Notes: generated by a model not told the origin, from the sequence alone. Shown: positions 1 through 11,885, counted from the stretch's first letter. The stretch: 64,000 nucleotides of DNA from Octopus vulgaris (GCA_951406725.2 OX597814.1:177134001-177198000); one strand, 5' to 3'. A program made the numbers and translations.

Positions 1-955
1 CGCAGAAAATACAGAACCCCAGCGATGTTGCACACTTGCAGCAGGAGTTGGACTCAATCTACAGATGGGCTGAGGATAATAATATGCAGTTTAATGCTGA
101 AAAATTCCAGGCCCTGCGCTACCAGCATCCAAAACTGAATATTAAACTTACAAGATACACCGGTCTACAGGGAATTTCAATCCCATGCCTAAGTCTGTGA
201 GGGACCTGGGTATCGACATGAGTGATGATACCTCTTTCCAAGTGCACATTACCAGGATGGCGACAAAGTGCAGACGACTGGCTGGGTGGATCCTAAGAAC
301 ATTCAGAACCAGAGATAAGGAAACCATGATGGTCCTCTGGCGGACATTCGTCCCCAGTCGCCTGAATTACTGCTCACAGCTATGGTCACCCACCAGTGTA
401 AAATTAACAGCGGACCTTGAAGCAATCCAGAGAAGATTCACAAAGAAGATCGTCTTTTTGCAACAGCTCAGCTACTGGGAAAGGTTAAACAGCTAAGACT
501 CTACTCCCTGGAGAGAAGACGGGAGAGGTATGCAGTAATATATGTCTGGAAGATCCTGGAAGGAATTGTGCCAAATTTTGGCATTGTAAGCTACACTAAT
601 GCTAGAACGGGACGACACTGCATTGTGCCAAAGATCCCAGCAATGCCATCACGCTTCAGGACCAGCTTCTGCAACAGCCTGGGTTTCAAGGGCCCACAGC
701 TTTTTAATATTCTCCCAAAGAGTCTGAGGAACTTGCACAAAGTAGATGTAGCGGTTTTTAAATCAAAGCTGGACATCTTCCTGTCAAGAGTCCCAGATGA
801 ACCTACTTCACGACAAGAGGTGCAAATGAGAGTAGCTATATAAAACTCCATTCTTCACCAAGTGCCACATATTAGACGAGGTTCGTCGTAATAACAGTGT
901 AGCACAAAACGGCGGTGCATCAGCGTGGCCGCAGCTCTGAGCTGAAACTAGAAAG

Positions 956-958
<3 letters not shown>
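1..958 (+). mobile_element. 3' portion of a CR1/L2-group LINE (RT C-terminal region plus 3' tail), frameshifted
   Basis: Frame +3 from base 3 reads QKIQNPSDVAHLQQELDSIYRWAEDNNMQFNAEKFQALRY. ORFs 185-496 (RDLGI...GWILRTF...LEAIQRRFT...LSYWERL) and 568-843 continue the typical post-YADD RT/thumb region. Ends in GGCGGTGCATCAGCGTGGCCGCAGCTCTGAGCTGAAACTAG, then (TA)n. Confidence 0.9.
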
Positions 959-1025
<67 letters not shown>

Positions 1026-1096
1026 GTATATATATATTCATACATATACATAGTAACTAAATATACGAACACAGATACCTACATATACACACATCA

Positions 1097-1182
<86 letters not shown>

Positions 1183-1330
1183 CCATATATATATATATAT
1201 ATACATATACAAACGCACACATATACATGTATATATTCGAACATGAAGTCATCATACTATACTCACCAATGTGGTGTGTGTATGTGTGTGTGTGTGCATG
1301 TGTGTGTATGTGTGGGTTGGTGTGTATAAC
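959..1330. repeat. (TA)n / (TG)n microsatellite block
   Basis: Long perfect (TA)n runs; source of the YIYIYI ORFs. Confidence 0.95.
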
Positions 1331-1643
1331 AACGAATGATATTGAATTTGAAAAGACAAAGCTACACAGAAAAAAAGTGAAAGAGAAAAAATAAAAACGA
1401 AGTTAAAGAAGAAATAGAAAAAAAAATAAAGAAATGAAGCGCTGTGTTAACAAAACAAATATTTGCATAACAAATGGAAATAAAAAGAATATAAAAAAAA
1501 TGCTCAAACATATATAAAAAAAATTAAATAAAAAGTAACAATACAAACAAACGATTATTTCCCATGAGACTTTCAAATGATTTTAGTCATGCAAAGCTGC
1601 ATTTAACTTGAACACGTAGTGTCTCAGTGGGATGAGAGAGAGA

Positions 1644-1682
<39 letters not shown>

Positions 1683-2515
1683 CACTAGCAACATCAACAA
1701 GAAAAACGATAAAAATTTATAATTTTTATGGCGAAAAATTATATCAAACAAAAATACAAAATGTCTTATATAAATTCTTTTATTTTATTGCGTTTAGTTC
1801 CAGATCAGCTTTGTTGTTTAACCCAAGGTCATCACTCATCTAAGACATTTCCGTCCCAACACATACACACACACATAAGCACACAGACACAGGCACACAA
1901 TCGCGCGCACACACACACACACACACACGAACTTTCTCTCTATTCTAGATAGACCAGAGACTGTATTGTCCAAAGTATTTTCCACTTTCTTTAAAGACAG
2001 CAATGTACGATTAAAGAGAGATGTTGCTATTTCTAGCAGGTCAAACGGTCACGTAGCGGCTCTCTCGTAGGTTCGATTTCTTTAAGGTTTTGTAATTCTA
2101 ATTATTGGCTGGAACACCATAACCTAAAGTATCGATCTCCAGTCTTTATTTTATCGATCTTGAAAAGATGAATGGCAACGCAAGACAAGGAAGGATTTGA
2201 TCTCCGAACATAAGCGAACGCAACCGAATTCCAGAAGTTATTTTTTGAAGGATACAATCAATTTCGATCGTGTATTCGTACACTGGACATTATTATGTAT
2301 ATTTTTAAACAGAAGCAGAATGGCAAGAAACCATTAGATAAATGTCACACACACACACACACAGAGCACAACACACACACACATATACTATTAAGTTTGA
2401 AAACAGAGAGATCTAATGGATACAAATTAATTAATTATCATATTCACCTACAATTGTTTCATTTCACAAACAAAATTAAAATTACAAAACATATATAATT
2501 ATATATATATATATA

Positions 2516-2641
2516 TTGAAGAGCGTAGGCTCGAAACGTAAAAGACTTGTTTTATTTATATTCCTGAGCGCCATACTAATACAATTGTTTGTTTGTATTC
2601 CACCTGCCTTCGTCTTTTGTTTATTTTCATAAAGCTTCCCG

Positions 2642-2642
<1 letters not shown>
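2516..2642 (+). mobile_element. Short interspersed repeat family 'E' (probable Penelope-LTR-derived module) embedded in (TA)n
   Basis: GAAGAGCGTAGGCTCGAAACGTAAAAGAC...CCACCTGCCTTCGTCTTTTG recurs at 22588-22770(-), 38590-38760(-) and 46040-46185(+). Carries a hammerhead-like TGAAGA..GAGC/GCTC..GAAAC motif. Confidence 0.65.
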
Positions 2643-2682
<40 letters not shown>

Positions 2683-2697
2683 AAATTAAAATTACAA

Positions 2698-2734
<37 letters not shown>

Positions 2735-3086
2735 TAATAAATTTCGGCAATCCTTTGTAAATAAAATAAAATTATCTTAATTTACGATTGGTGTTGTCAT
2801 CTTCAGCAGAAAACCAAGGCTAGCATATAGGCACGAGGCGATAAGGACTATGCCTCGAGTCTATATGCTATAACTTTTCAAAATCCACCACACTCGCGCG
2901 ATTTTTCAGCAGTAAATATAACTGCCGATTTAATTTCAAAATGAACCAAAAAATCCTTTTACCATTAATTAATAAATTTTAGGGTAGCAAAAAAATTCTA
3001 GAAAAGTTCTCCGCTACCAGTGGCTTAGTGAGAAAGAAAAAATAGTCAATAGACTATATAATATGCATTTAAACACATAAGAGATG

Positions 3087-3142
<56 letters not shown>

Positions 3143-3144
<2 letters not shown>

Positions 3145-3540
3145 CAGGCTGCGTATTTGAGGACATACCTTTTTTGGGTCATTGCTGCATTTTTTGCAAA
3201 CTCTGTATAATCTTTGCTTCAGAAAATAATAATGGCAGACCCCCAGCTTACTAAAGAAATGAAGAGGCATGCTGTTATTGTGGTTATAAATACCGAGCAT
3301 AGCGCTTTAGAAATATCTCGACTTTTAAAAGTTGCCAGATCTTTCGTCTACAAATTTGTAAGGAGCTAGGGACTGAAGAAGGAAAAGTATCACCAGTATC
3401 AAAGCATAAAATGCATTCTAAACGGTCTGAAATCATCAGAGCAATTGAATTTATTTTATCCAGCAAGTTCAAGAGACCATTGATTACCACCCCAGAAAGT
3501 CCAATGATATACATTCCCAAATTTCTTTCAACTCCCAGAT
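3143..3540 (+). mobile_element. 5' relic of a Tc1/maT-like DNA transposon (HTH N-terminus)
   Basis: Starts TA-CAGG after (TA)n. From about 3232 it reads MADPQLTKEMKRHAVIVVINTEHSALEISRLLKVARSFVYK, an HTH-like transposase N-terminus, then breaks up into stops and frameshifts. Confidence 0.55.
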
Positions 3541-3570
3541 CAACTTAGAACTTACGAAAGAAAATCTATA

Positions 3571-4820
3571 TATTGGGTTGGCAACTAAGTTCCCACTGTT
3601 TTTTTAAATTTTGGAATTTATTGCGTTTTTAAATTTTGGAATCTATTTTTTCCGAGATTTCTATTTTTGAATCATTTTGAGATATATTAAAAAAAAATTT
3701 TAATTAATTTTTGTTTATTTTCAGATCATTAAAATGGAATGTCAAGTTAAGAAAAATGAGCATCTTCGACGCCTCGTTTTTGCTTTTAATCAAGGTTCTA
3801 AGGCCGCAAAATCTGCTCGCGACATTTGTACTGTGTATGGAGAGGGTGCCATAGCTGAAAGAACCGCTCGTTGTTGGTATGCCAAGTTCAAAAATGGAAA
3901 TTTTGACCCCAAAGATGCACCTCGTTCTGGTCGTCCAGTTGAGTTCGATGAAGAGCGATTAAACCAACTTTTGCTCGAAAACTTTCGTCAAACGACAAGG
4001 GAACTGGCAGAGAAAATGGAATGATCTCACACTGCTATAGAGAAGCATCTTCACTCAATGGGAAAGGTTCAGAAGTATGGAGCATGGTTTCCGCATGCTT
4101 TAAGTGACAAGAACAAAAATCAACGAGCCACAATCTCCGCTGGTTTGCTTGCTCGTCACCACTCAACTCATGGACACAAACAACAATTTCTTTACCGAAT
4201 CATTACTGGCGACGAAAAATGGTGCCTGTACATCAATATGAAGCAGCGTAAGGAATAGTTTAGTCCTGGTAAACAGGCGACACCGCGCGTGAAACAAGAT
4301 CTTCATCCTCGTAAAACGATATTGTGTGTATGGTGGGACTGGGAAGGGATTATCCTTTACGAATCGCTTGAACGGAACCAACAGATGGAACGACTCAACA
4401 CGGCTATTCAAGAGAAAAGACCTAATCAGCAGCATGGAGTTCTGCTACACGACAACGCCTGCCCTCATATCACCAATATGACAAGGGAAGCGATTCAAAC
4501 GCATGGCTGGGAAGTGCTGCTACACTCGCCGTACTCTCCTGATATAGATTTCCACCTCTTTCGATCTCTTTTAAATGCTATGCGCGGAGTTTCGTTCAAT
4601 ACTGATGCAGAATTGAGAGCTTGGATCAGTTTTCCGAGTCGAACTCGGATGATTTCTACCAACGTGGTAATGAAAATCTTGAACGTTGGGAAGAAGTTGT
4701 AAACAACAAGGGTGAATACATTATTGATTAATTAGTTGTTATTTTTTTTTATTAAACCTTTTAAAAAATTAAAAAAAACAAAAAAAAAAAACGGCAAGGA
4801 ACTTAGTTGCCAACCTAATA
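3571..4820 (+). mobile_element. Near-full-length mariner transposon (mellifera-type TIR), inactivated
   Basis: TIRs TATTGGGTTGGCAACTAAGTTCC (3571) and GGAACTTAGTTGCCAACCTAATA (ending 4820) with terminal TA; about 1.25 kb long. Confidence 0.95.
3734..4730 (+). pseudogene. Mariner DD34D transposase pseudogene
   Basis: Motifs RSGRP, W(F)PHAL, ITGDEKW, HDNA and YSPD..DFHLF lie across ORFs 3734-4024, 4058-4258 and 4289-4702, broken by in-frame stops, small deletions and a terminal frameshift. Confidence 0.92.
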
Positions 4821-5658
4821 TTATACACAATATGAAACAAGATCTAAATAAAAGTCTCAAAAGAAGCAAGGACGTTTAGGATAAACTTATAAAAAATGGC
4901 TGTGAAGTTGTTTGCTGTTTGCAATGGAGATGAGATATATGCTATTGAATTTACAACATTGCTGCAGGCAAATATTAGGTGGTATTTGTCTTTCTGTTCG
5001 ACAGATGAAAAATTGTTATGGGTTTGCGTCAGAAAAAAAAGCAAAACATTTTCCCCCCTCCGCTCTCTCGCTTTCCCCAAACTCTCACATACACACAGGC
5101 ATAACTACATATATTCACACATTAAAACCCATACACATAATGCTGCATCATTATTGCTATGTCTGAAGGTAGTATACTTTCGTTCAGATATCTAAGAGCA
5201 TGATTTTATAGTTCATTCACGTCAGAAGTTTTTAAAAAAGGAAATTTAGATAATATAATTATTGAAATCATAATGGGAACTTTAAAAAAAAAAATATTGT
5301 ATTGCATTCTCTTTTCTCTATAATTTTAAGCATCTCCCTAAAGTGTTGAAAAAACTCCGCAAATTAAACAGTGAAAGCTCAAAGGAAACGTAATATAAAA
5401 TACAAGAATTTTATACTGTATTATATCGACCCCCACCTCGGAGCTCACCCGATGGCCATTATATCAGGCCTGGATGGTTGAAATGAAAAAAATATTAGGG
5501 AAATAACACCGGCAGTGGCAACAGCAGCAGTATAAGTAGTAGTAGTAGTTGTAGTAGTTGTAACAATGATGATGATAATGATGATGATGATAAAAGAAAA
5601 ACAACATCAGGTGCATAGTGCGGCTATCATCATAAAAACACACAGAGCGTTACCTTAC

Positions 5659-5872
5659 CTCAGTTTATGAGAGACACGATGTTACACAGAAACTCTGGTG
5701 ATAACAAAAATGAGGCTGGACCTTCAAGGGAATGCTTCTCGCTCGGCAATAATTCAATACAGATACAGACTGTATTGACTGATGCAGCATCAGCAGATAA
5801 TATAATAAGGAGAAGTAAGTGGGTCGGTGAAAAAAATTTGGATAGTGATGCAGTGCTACTTAGAAAGTGAAC
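5659..5872 (-). other. Candidate spliced exon (214 nt) of an unidentified minus-strand transcript
   Basis: Minus-strand acceptor cccttcttttag|G and donor GAG|gtaagg in unique, non-repeat sequence. The phase-0 frame is open for 70 codons to a TGA just before the donor. Confidence 0.3.
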
Positions 5873-6149
5873 CTAAAAGAAGGGTCTATAGAAAACGGAT
5901 GTTAGCACTTTGGGTAGAGAAGGGTATGTTTAATTTTTCTGTTGTGCAATCAATATAAATTAAGTTGTGTTTGGTGCATTTCACAGCGTACATTAGATGC
6001 GAATCTTTAAAGGATCCACCTTCTATATAATTCATAACAATTCTGTTATTTTCTTAAGTTTGTCTCTACAGATTTCTGCAGAATTCAGAATCAGTATTAC
6101 ATGAATGCGCTTATGTAAACAGCGTTATCGAACTTAGAATATATAATGG

Positions 6150-6196
6150 GTGTATATGCATATTTCAAGAGTTATTTCTCTTTCATCAGCATCACA
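6150..6196 (-). ncRNA. Minimal type-I hammerhead ribozyme (Penelope-type)
   Basis: Minus strand gtgatg CTGATGA aagag-aaataa-ctctt GAAA t-atgc-ATA tacac: intact core, perfect 5-bp stem II, palindromic helix-III region (ATATGCATAT) and a bulged stem I. Confidence 0.7.
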
Positions 6197-6643
6197 TTCA
6201 ACCCATGAACTATCTATGAATGCATTGCTTAAATATCCACTAAATTTAACGGAGTTACACTACTGGATACACCAGTTTACATATTAAACACATTCCTGGC
6301 TACAGGCATGTAAATATTAATTACTTTTGCAACCATAATATACTACCAAACATATAAAAAGTTTACAAGTGAATATTATGTCTTACTTTTGTGTTAGCAG
6401 TGCGATGTTCTCACGATGAAGTTGACTTGACTCATGCTGTTGCGCAATGAACAAGGTTAACTTCTCATGCGGTTGCTTTTCGCTTTACAGCGTTCAGAAA
6501 CTCCAATGGAGTTTTCATTGGGATTAGATGTATTAGTTAATGGTTCTGTTATATTTTTATTGCATGTAAAGGCTACAATAGGTAGATGAGGAAATATTTG
6601 TTTGAAACAGGTATTTTTTCTGAAATATGCTTTTACTGAAATA

Positions 6644-7050
6644 GGCGCAGGAGTGGCTGTGTGGTAAGTAGCTTGCTTACCAACCACATGGTTCCGGGTT
6701 CAGTCCCACTGCGTGGCACCTTGGGCAAGTGTCTTCTACTATAGCCTCGGGCCGACCAAAGCCTTGTGAGTGGATTTGGTAGACGGAAACTGAACGAAGC
6801 CTGTCGTATATATGTATATGTATATTTATATGTGTGTGTGTTTGTATGCCTGTGTTTGTCCCCACAACATCGCTTGACAACAGATGCTGGTGTGTTTACG
6901 TCCCCGTAACTTAGCGGTTCAGCAAAGGCGACCGATAGAATAAATACTAGGCTTACAAATAATAAGTCCTGGGGTCAATTTGCTCGCCCAAAGGCGGTGC
7001 TCCAGCATGGCCGCAGCCAAGTGACTGAAACAAGTAAAAGAGTAAAAAGA
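6644..7050 (+). mobile_element. tRNA-derived SINE family A (CORE-like; resembles described octopus SINEs)
   Basis: Head GGCGCAGGAGTGGCTGTGTGGTAAG..GGTTCAGTCCC (A/B boxes), CORE-like CCTTGGGCAAGTG, internal (TA/TG)n, tail GGCGGTGCTCCAGCATGGCC..GACTGAAACAAGTAAAAGAG. Confidence 0.9.
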
Positions 7051-7594
7051 CTTACTTACATGCAACACTTTTGAAATACCATTAAAGAAATTTCGGTACT
7101 AAAGGAATTCGGACATAAATTTATTTTGTCTGCTTAACTTAGGCGTGAAAGTTTGATTTTCTTTGCTAATTATAGCTATATCATTTGCAATTTCCTTTAA
7201 ATCGTGATTCACGATAACCACATTTGTCATAATGGTGCACAAAAGTATTTGCATGTTTCCAATAATCCCTTATGTCAGTACAAATCCGCTGTATCCTCAG
7301 AAACTGGGACTTTCGATTTGACTTAATTGTATGATGTGAAAGATGGAAGCGGCATTAAAGATGTGGAATGACATGGGTTTGGACTATAACGCTGGCTCTA
7401 TTCTGCCTTCTGAAAACCTATTTTTTGGGTCTAAAAATTCGAGAGTCGTTTTTGAAAAACTTGACGTGCCTATTATATTGTATTTAAAGCCTTAGCTCTT
7501 TAGCGAAGCAGTCACAGTAATGCAAGAAGTTAACTGAATTATCCTGCAATTCTTCCCATACGAAATGACGTCATCAATGAACCGCAAGCGTTCT

Positions 7595-8100
7595 TCTATA
7601 AGCATAAAGCCTGAAATTTTGGGAGTCAGGTCTAGTCAATTACATTCGATTCCAGTGCTCAACGTGTACTTCTATCAACCCTGAAAGGATGAACGGCAAA
7701 GTTGACCTTGGCCGGATTTGAACTCGGAAGGGACAACAATAGCTACAACAATATCAACATGTTTTAGATTCATCATACAGTCACATATTTGCAAAGGAGA
7801 AGTATAGTATATTACGTTAGTCCCATTATATAACTGATTTGTATTTTTCGGCCCTGGAATGCTGAGAAATTAATTTATTTCGATGGGATTTGAACTCAAA
7901 ACATAGAAGTGACAGAAAAATACCTATTTCTTTATTACCTACGAGGGGCTAAACACAGAGAGGACAATAAAGGACAGACAAACGGATTAAGTCGATTATA
8001 TGGACCCTAGTGCGTAACTGGTACTTATTTAATGGACACTGAAAGAATGAAAGGCAAAGTCGACCTCGGCGGAATTTGGAACAGCAAAATACCATAAATA
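7595..8100 (-). mobile_element. Cluster of SINE family B copies (old tail-2 copy, old diverged copy, younger tail-1 unit)
   Basis: GAAAGGATGAAAGGCAAAGTCGACCTCGGCGGAATTTG-like segments at about 7683-7725, 7855-7900 and 8041-8080; junction AAAATACCTATTTC at about 7917-7930. Confidence 0.75.
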
Positions 8101-8511
8101 CTGTTGTGAGGAGCACTTTCAGTTTTGTAATGATGTAGTGGAGGAGGATGAGAAGGAAGAAGAGATAGAGGAAATACAAATAGATGATGAAGAGGAAGAG
8201 GCGGAAGACATAATCTTATCCCAAGCGCTAGTTCGATAAATTGCAAGTGCTTGACTTATGATCATACGTAATCTTTAAGTCTTTGCCACTGTTGTCATCA
8301 GAATAGCAGCAAACGGCAATGGTGATATTTACACCTTTACTAAGTTCGTTAATGGATTAAATGAAATAACTACAAGTGGGTATCACACCTGGGTTACACA
8401 ATCAGTTCACCTAGAGCTTAGCTTAACACCTCCGCTAGAATACTCGTTTCGATCAGTAATCCACACACATATACGAGCGTGCATGAAAACTTATACACTT
8501 ATAGAACCAGC

Positions 8512-8543
<32 letters not shown>

Positions 8544-8971
8544 TGCACATACATACACACATTCACACAGAAGCGGGGGACAACGAGATAGACAGATACA
8601 GAGGGTGTGTGTCTATGTCAATATGAATTATCAGGTAAATTTTCTTCACGAATCACACCATGCCGTCTTATATAATGGAAGGACATATTAGATAATACCA
8701 TCTAAAATACACTGCCTCTTATAAAAGCAGAAATGTTTATGATAAACTGTTTTGGTTTTAAAATAACAATAGCAAAACAACAACAACAAAATCAACAACA
8801 ACGACAACAGAAAAACAACAACAATGTCAGCAAATACAGCTAGAACAATAACAACAAAATCGAGGAGCTGATTTTCTAAGTAATATTTTCGAATTACTCG
8901 AATGCTTAATTATTGTGCAAGCACAAAAGTTTTCCATGATATAACTCTGAGTTAAGAAGAACTCTCATAAT

Positions 8972-9378
8972 TATTTCTTTATTGCCCACAAGGGTTTAGA
9001 CATAGAGGGGAGAAACAAGGACAGACAAACGATTAAGTCGATTAGATCGACCCCAGTGCGTAACTGGTACTTAATTTATCGACCCCGAAAGGATGAAAAG
9101 CAAAGGCGACCTCGGCGGAATTTGAACTCCGTAATGACAGACGAAATACCTATTTCTTTACTACCCACAAGGGGCTAAATACAGAAGGGACAAACAAGGA
9201 CAGACAAACGGATTAAGTCGATTACATCGACCCCAGTACGTAACTGGTACTTAATTTATCGACCTCGAGAGGATGAAAGGCAAAGTCGATCTCGGCGGAA
9301 TTTGAACTCAGAACGGCAGACGAAATACGGCTACGCATTTCGCCCGTCGTGCTAACGTTTCTGCCAGCTCGCCACCTT
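8972..9378 (-). mobile_element. SINE family B dimer with TSD
   Basis: One head (AAGGTGGCGAGCTGGCAGAAACGTTAGCAC) and two body+tail units. The direct repeat AAGAACTCTCATAATTA at 8957-8973 and 9379-9395 flanks the whole dimer. Confidence 0.92.
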
Positions 9379-9829
9379 AAGAACTCTCATAATTAAGGAG
9401 ACACATAATAAAGATGACATTCATAGTTACGAAACAAAACATTAGAAGCCGACTTAAAACTGCTATTGTGACCATCTTGTCATTTTGTTAGATTCAGAAT
9501 CACATCATTCAATGTTACCTTCCGTAAGGCCATGGAACTGTTGCGTAGCGTAGGGTGTGCGAGGAATGCGTTCGGCAAAGTAAGGTCATTTTATATATAT
9601 GTGCTGTCTATAGGAAATAAAGGTATATTACATTTTGGTGTATCTCACAAGGCGGCCAAAACCCACGGTGAACCGTTATAGTGAAGTGCGGTAGATTTGT
9701 GAGAGTAATTTAGCAGCTATTGCTAGTAGAACGAATGACCAATAAGGTGAAAATAAAATGAAATTGAGGGTACTCATTTATCTCCGTGTTCCTTGAGAAA
9801 CAATGTAATTTCAAGACAAAGTATATATA

Positions 9830-9962
9830 AGTTTGCATCCCGACCACATGGTTTCAGGTTCAATCCACTGCGTAGCACTTTGGGCAAGTGCCTTCTACAA
9901 TAACCTCGGGTTTGACCACAGCTTTGTGAGTGCAGTTGGTTGATGGGAACTGAAAAACATCG
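9830..9962 (+). mobile_element. Partial, diverged SINE family A
   Basis: CCACATGGTTTCAGGTTCAATCCACTGCGTAGCACTTTGGGCAAGTGCCTTCTAC matches the family A head/core. Confidence 0.75.
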
Positions 9963-10264
9963 TGTATGTATGTATGTATGTATGTATGTATGTATGTATG
10001 TATGTATGTATGTATGTATCTCTCTCTCTCTCTCTCTATCTATCTATATATATATATATATGTATGTATGTATGTATGCATGTATGTATGTATCTATATG
10101 TTTGTACATATATATATATATACATATATGTATGTATGCATGTATCCATGTATCTATATGTTTGTATATATATATGTATATATATGTATGTATATATATA
10201 TACATATATATCTATATATATATACACATATATATATATATGTATGTATATATATATACATATA

Positions 10265-10325
<61 letters not shown>

Positions 10326-10371
10326 GCATGCATATATACATATATATATATATATATATATTTATGCATGC

Positions 10372-10417
<46 letters not shown>

Positions 10418-10436
10418 GCATACATACATACATGCA
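9963..10436. repeat. (TATG)n/(TA)n/(TC)n compound microsatellite
   Basis: Directly visible. Confidence 0.95.
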
Positions 10437-10442
10437 TTAAGA

Positions 10443-10822
10443 ACAGGCAGAAACATTAGCATGCCGGGCGAAATGCGTAGCCGTATTTCGTCTGCCGTTA
10501 CGCTCTAAGTTCAAATTCTGCCGAGGTCCACTTTGTCGTTCATCCTTTCGGGGTCGATAAATAAAGTACCAGTTACACACTGGGGTCGATATAATCGACT
10601 TAATCCGTGTGTCTGTCATCTCTGTGTTTAGCCCCTTGTGGGTAGTAAAGAAATAGGTATTTTGTCTGTCTCTACGTTCTGAGTTCAAATTCTGCCGAGG
10701 ACGACTTTGCCTTTCGCCCTTTAGGGGTCGATAAATTAAGTACCAGTTGCGTACTGGGGTCGATGTAATCGACTGGTCCCGACCCCCCAAATTTAGGGCC
10801 TTGTGCCTCGCGTAGAAAAGAA
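10443..10822 (+). mobile_element. SINE family B dimer (tail-1 unit followed by tail-2 unit)
   Basis: Head GGCAGAAACATTAGCATGCCGGGCGAAATGC; junction GAAATAGGTATTTTG at about 10650-10664; the second unit ends in the alternative tail CCCCCCAAATTTAGGGCCTTGTGCC..GTAGAAAAGAAT. Confidence 0.88.
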
Positions 10823-10870
10823 TATATATATATATTTGTATGTATACATGTGTATATATGTATATATGTA

Positions 10871-11397
10871 CAGTAATATCTCACTGTACAACGACCTGCT
10901 TTACGTGACCCCGGGTTAACGAGTTTTATTTTTCAAACACAACATTGAAATTTTGAACGAATTGCAAAAATTTCTACTACCATAAGAGATATTTATAGCG
11001 GGCAAAAAGCTTCTTTTAAGTAAACAACTCTATACCTTTTTTTTAAAAAAGAAATCTACAAGTCTGTCTACGAGTACTTGTGAATCAGTGATCGCGCCTA
11101 TAAGTGATGGTGTGCGCGTGTCTAGTGCGAGTGAAAGTGATTCAGAAAACAATTATAATAATAATATTTTTGATTTTAAATGATGTTGACCTTCTTTTTA
11201 CTTTACATAAAATATTCTTTACATTCTACTGTTGTTTTATTACCATTTATTTACGAGCATTATAAATTTTATCGGTAAACTATTTTTCTTGGAACGAATT
11301 ACGATTTATAACATTGCTACTATGGGAAATCATTGCTCTCTTTTACGAGTTTTTGCTTTAGGAGCGGTCTCTGGGAACAAATTAACTCGCAGTTCTG
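10871..11397. mobile_element. Tigger/pogo-like MITE
   Basis: TA-CAGT...CTG-TA termini with degenerate TIRs; subterminal CTATGGGAAA...TTACGAG..GGAAC.AATTA pattern typical of Tigger-type non-autonomous elements. Confidence 0.55.
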
Positions 11398-11461
11398 TAT
11401 ATATATATTATACATCTTTCGTATATATTATATAAACACGTATATATGTATATATATATAA

Positions 11462-11508
<47 letters not shown>

Positions 11509-11592
11509 TAAATACACATACACACACACACACACATATAAATACACACACACACACACAGATATATATATATATACATATATACACATACA

Positions 11593-11885
11593 TATGTTTC
11601 TTTATTGGCCACGCAGGGCTGAACATACACAGAAGGGACAAAATACAAAGTAGAGCTTTTCTTTTTGGGAAGAAGAAGAGAAGGAAAAGAAAGAAAGAAA
11701 GAAAGAAAGAAAAAAGTGGGGCCGATCAATAGGGATCGTGGATCACAGAAATGTCAATGTAAAAAGGGAAAACAGATTAGGTTTATCCGTTGATAGAAAA
11801 GCCTACGGAAAAGACCACGGGGACCTTTGGCAATAGTGTTATGCAAAAAGAAAACACTTTACAGTAAGTGGCTCGCTTTTTTCCT
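11593..11885 (-). mobile_element. Probable LINE 3'-UTR fragment sharing its terminus with SINE B tail 1
   Basis: Minus strand ends TTTGTCCCTTCTGTGTATGTTCAGCCCTGCGTGGCCAATAAAGAAACA, then (TA/TG)n. Confidence 0.55.

Noticed and set aside
2810-3025. Possible short hAT-type MITEs here and at 9520-9680
   Set aside because: The termini are too degenerate, and neither TIR nor TSD could be verified by eye.
5667-5870. Plus-strand 67-aa ORF as a gene
   Set aside because: No recognisable homology, and the splice signals favour the opposite strand.
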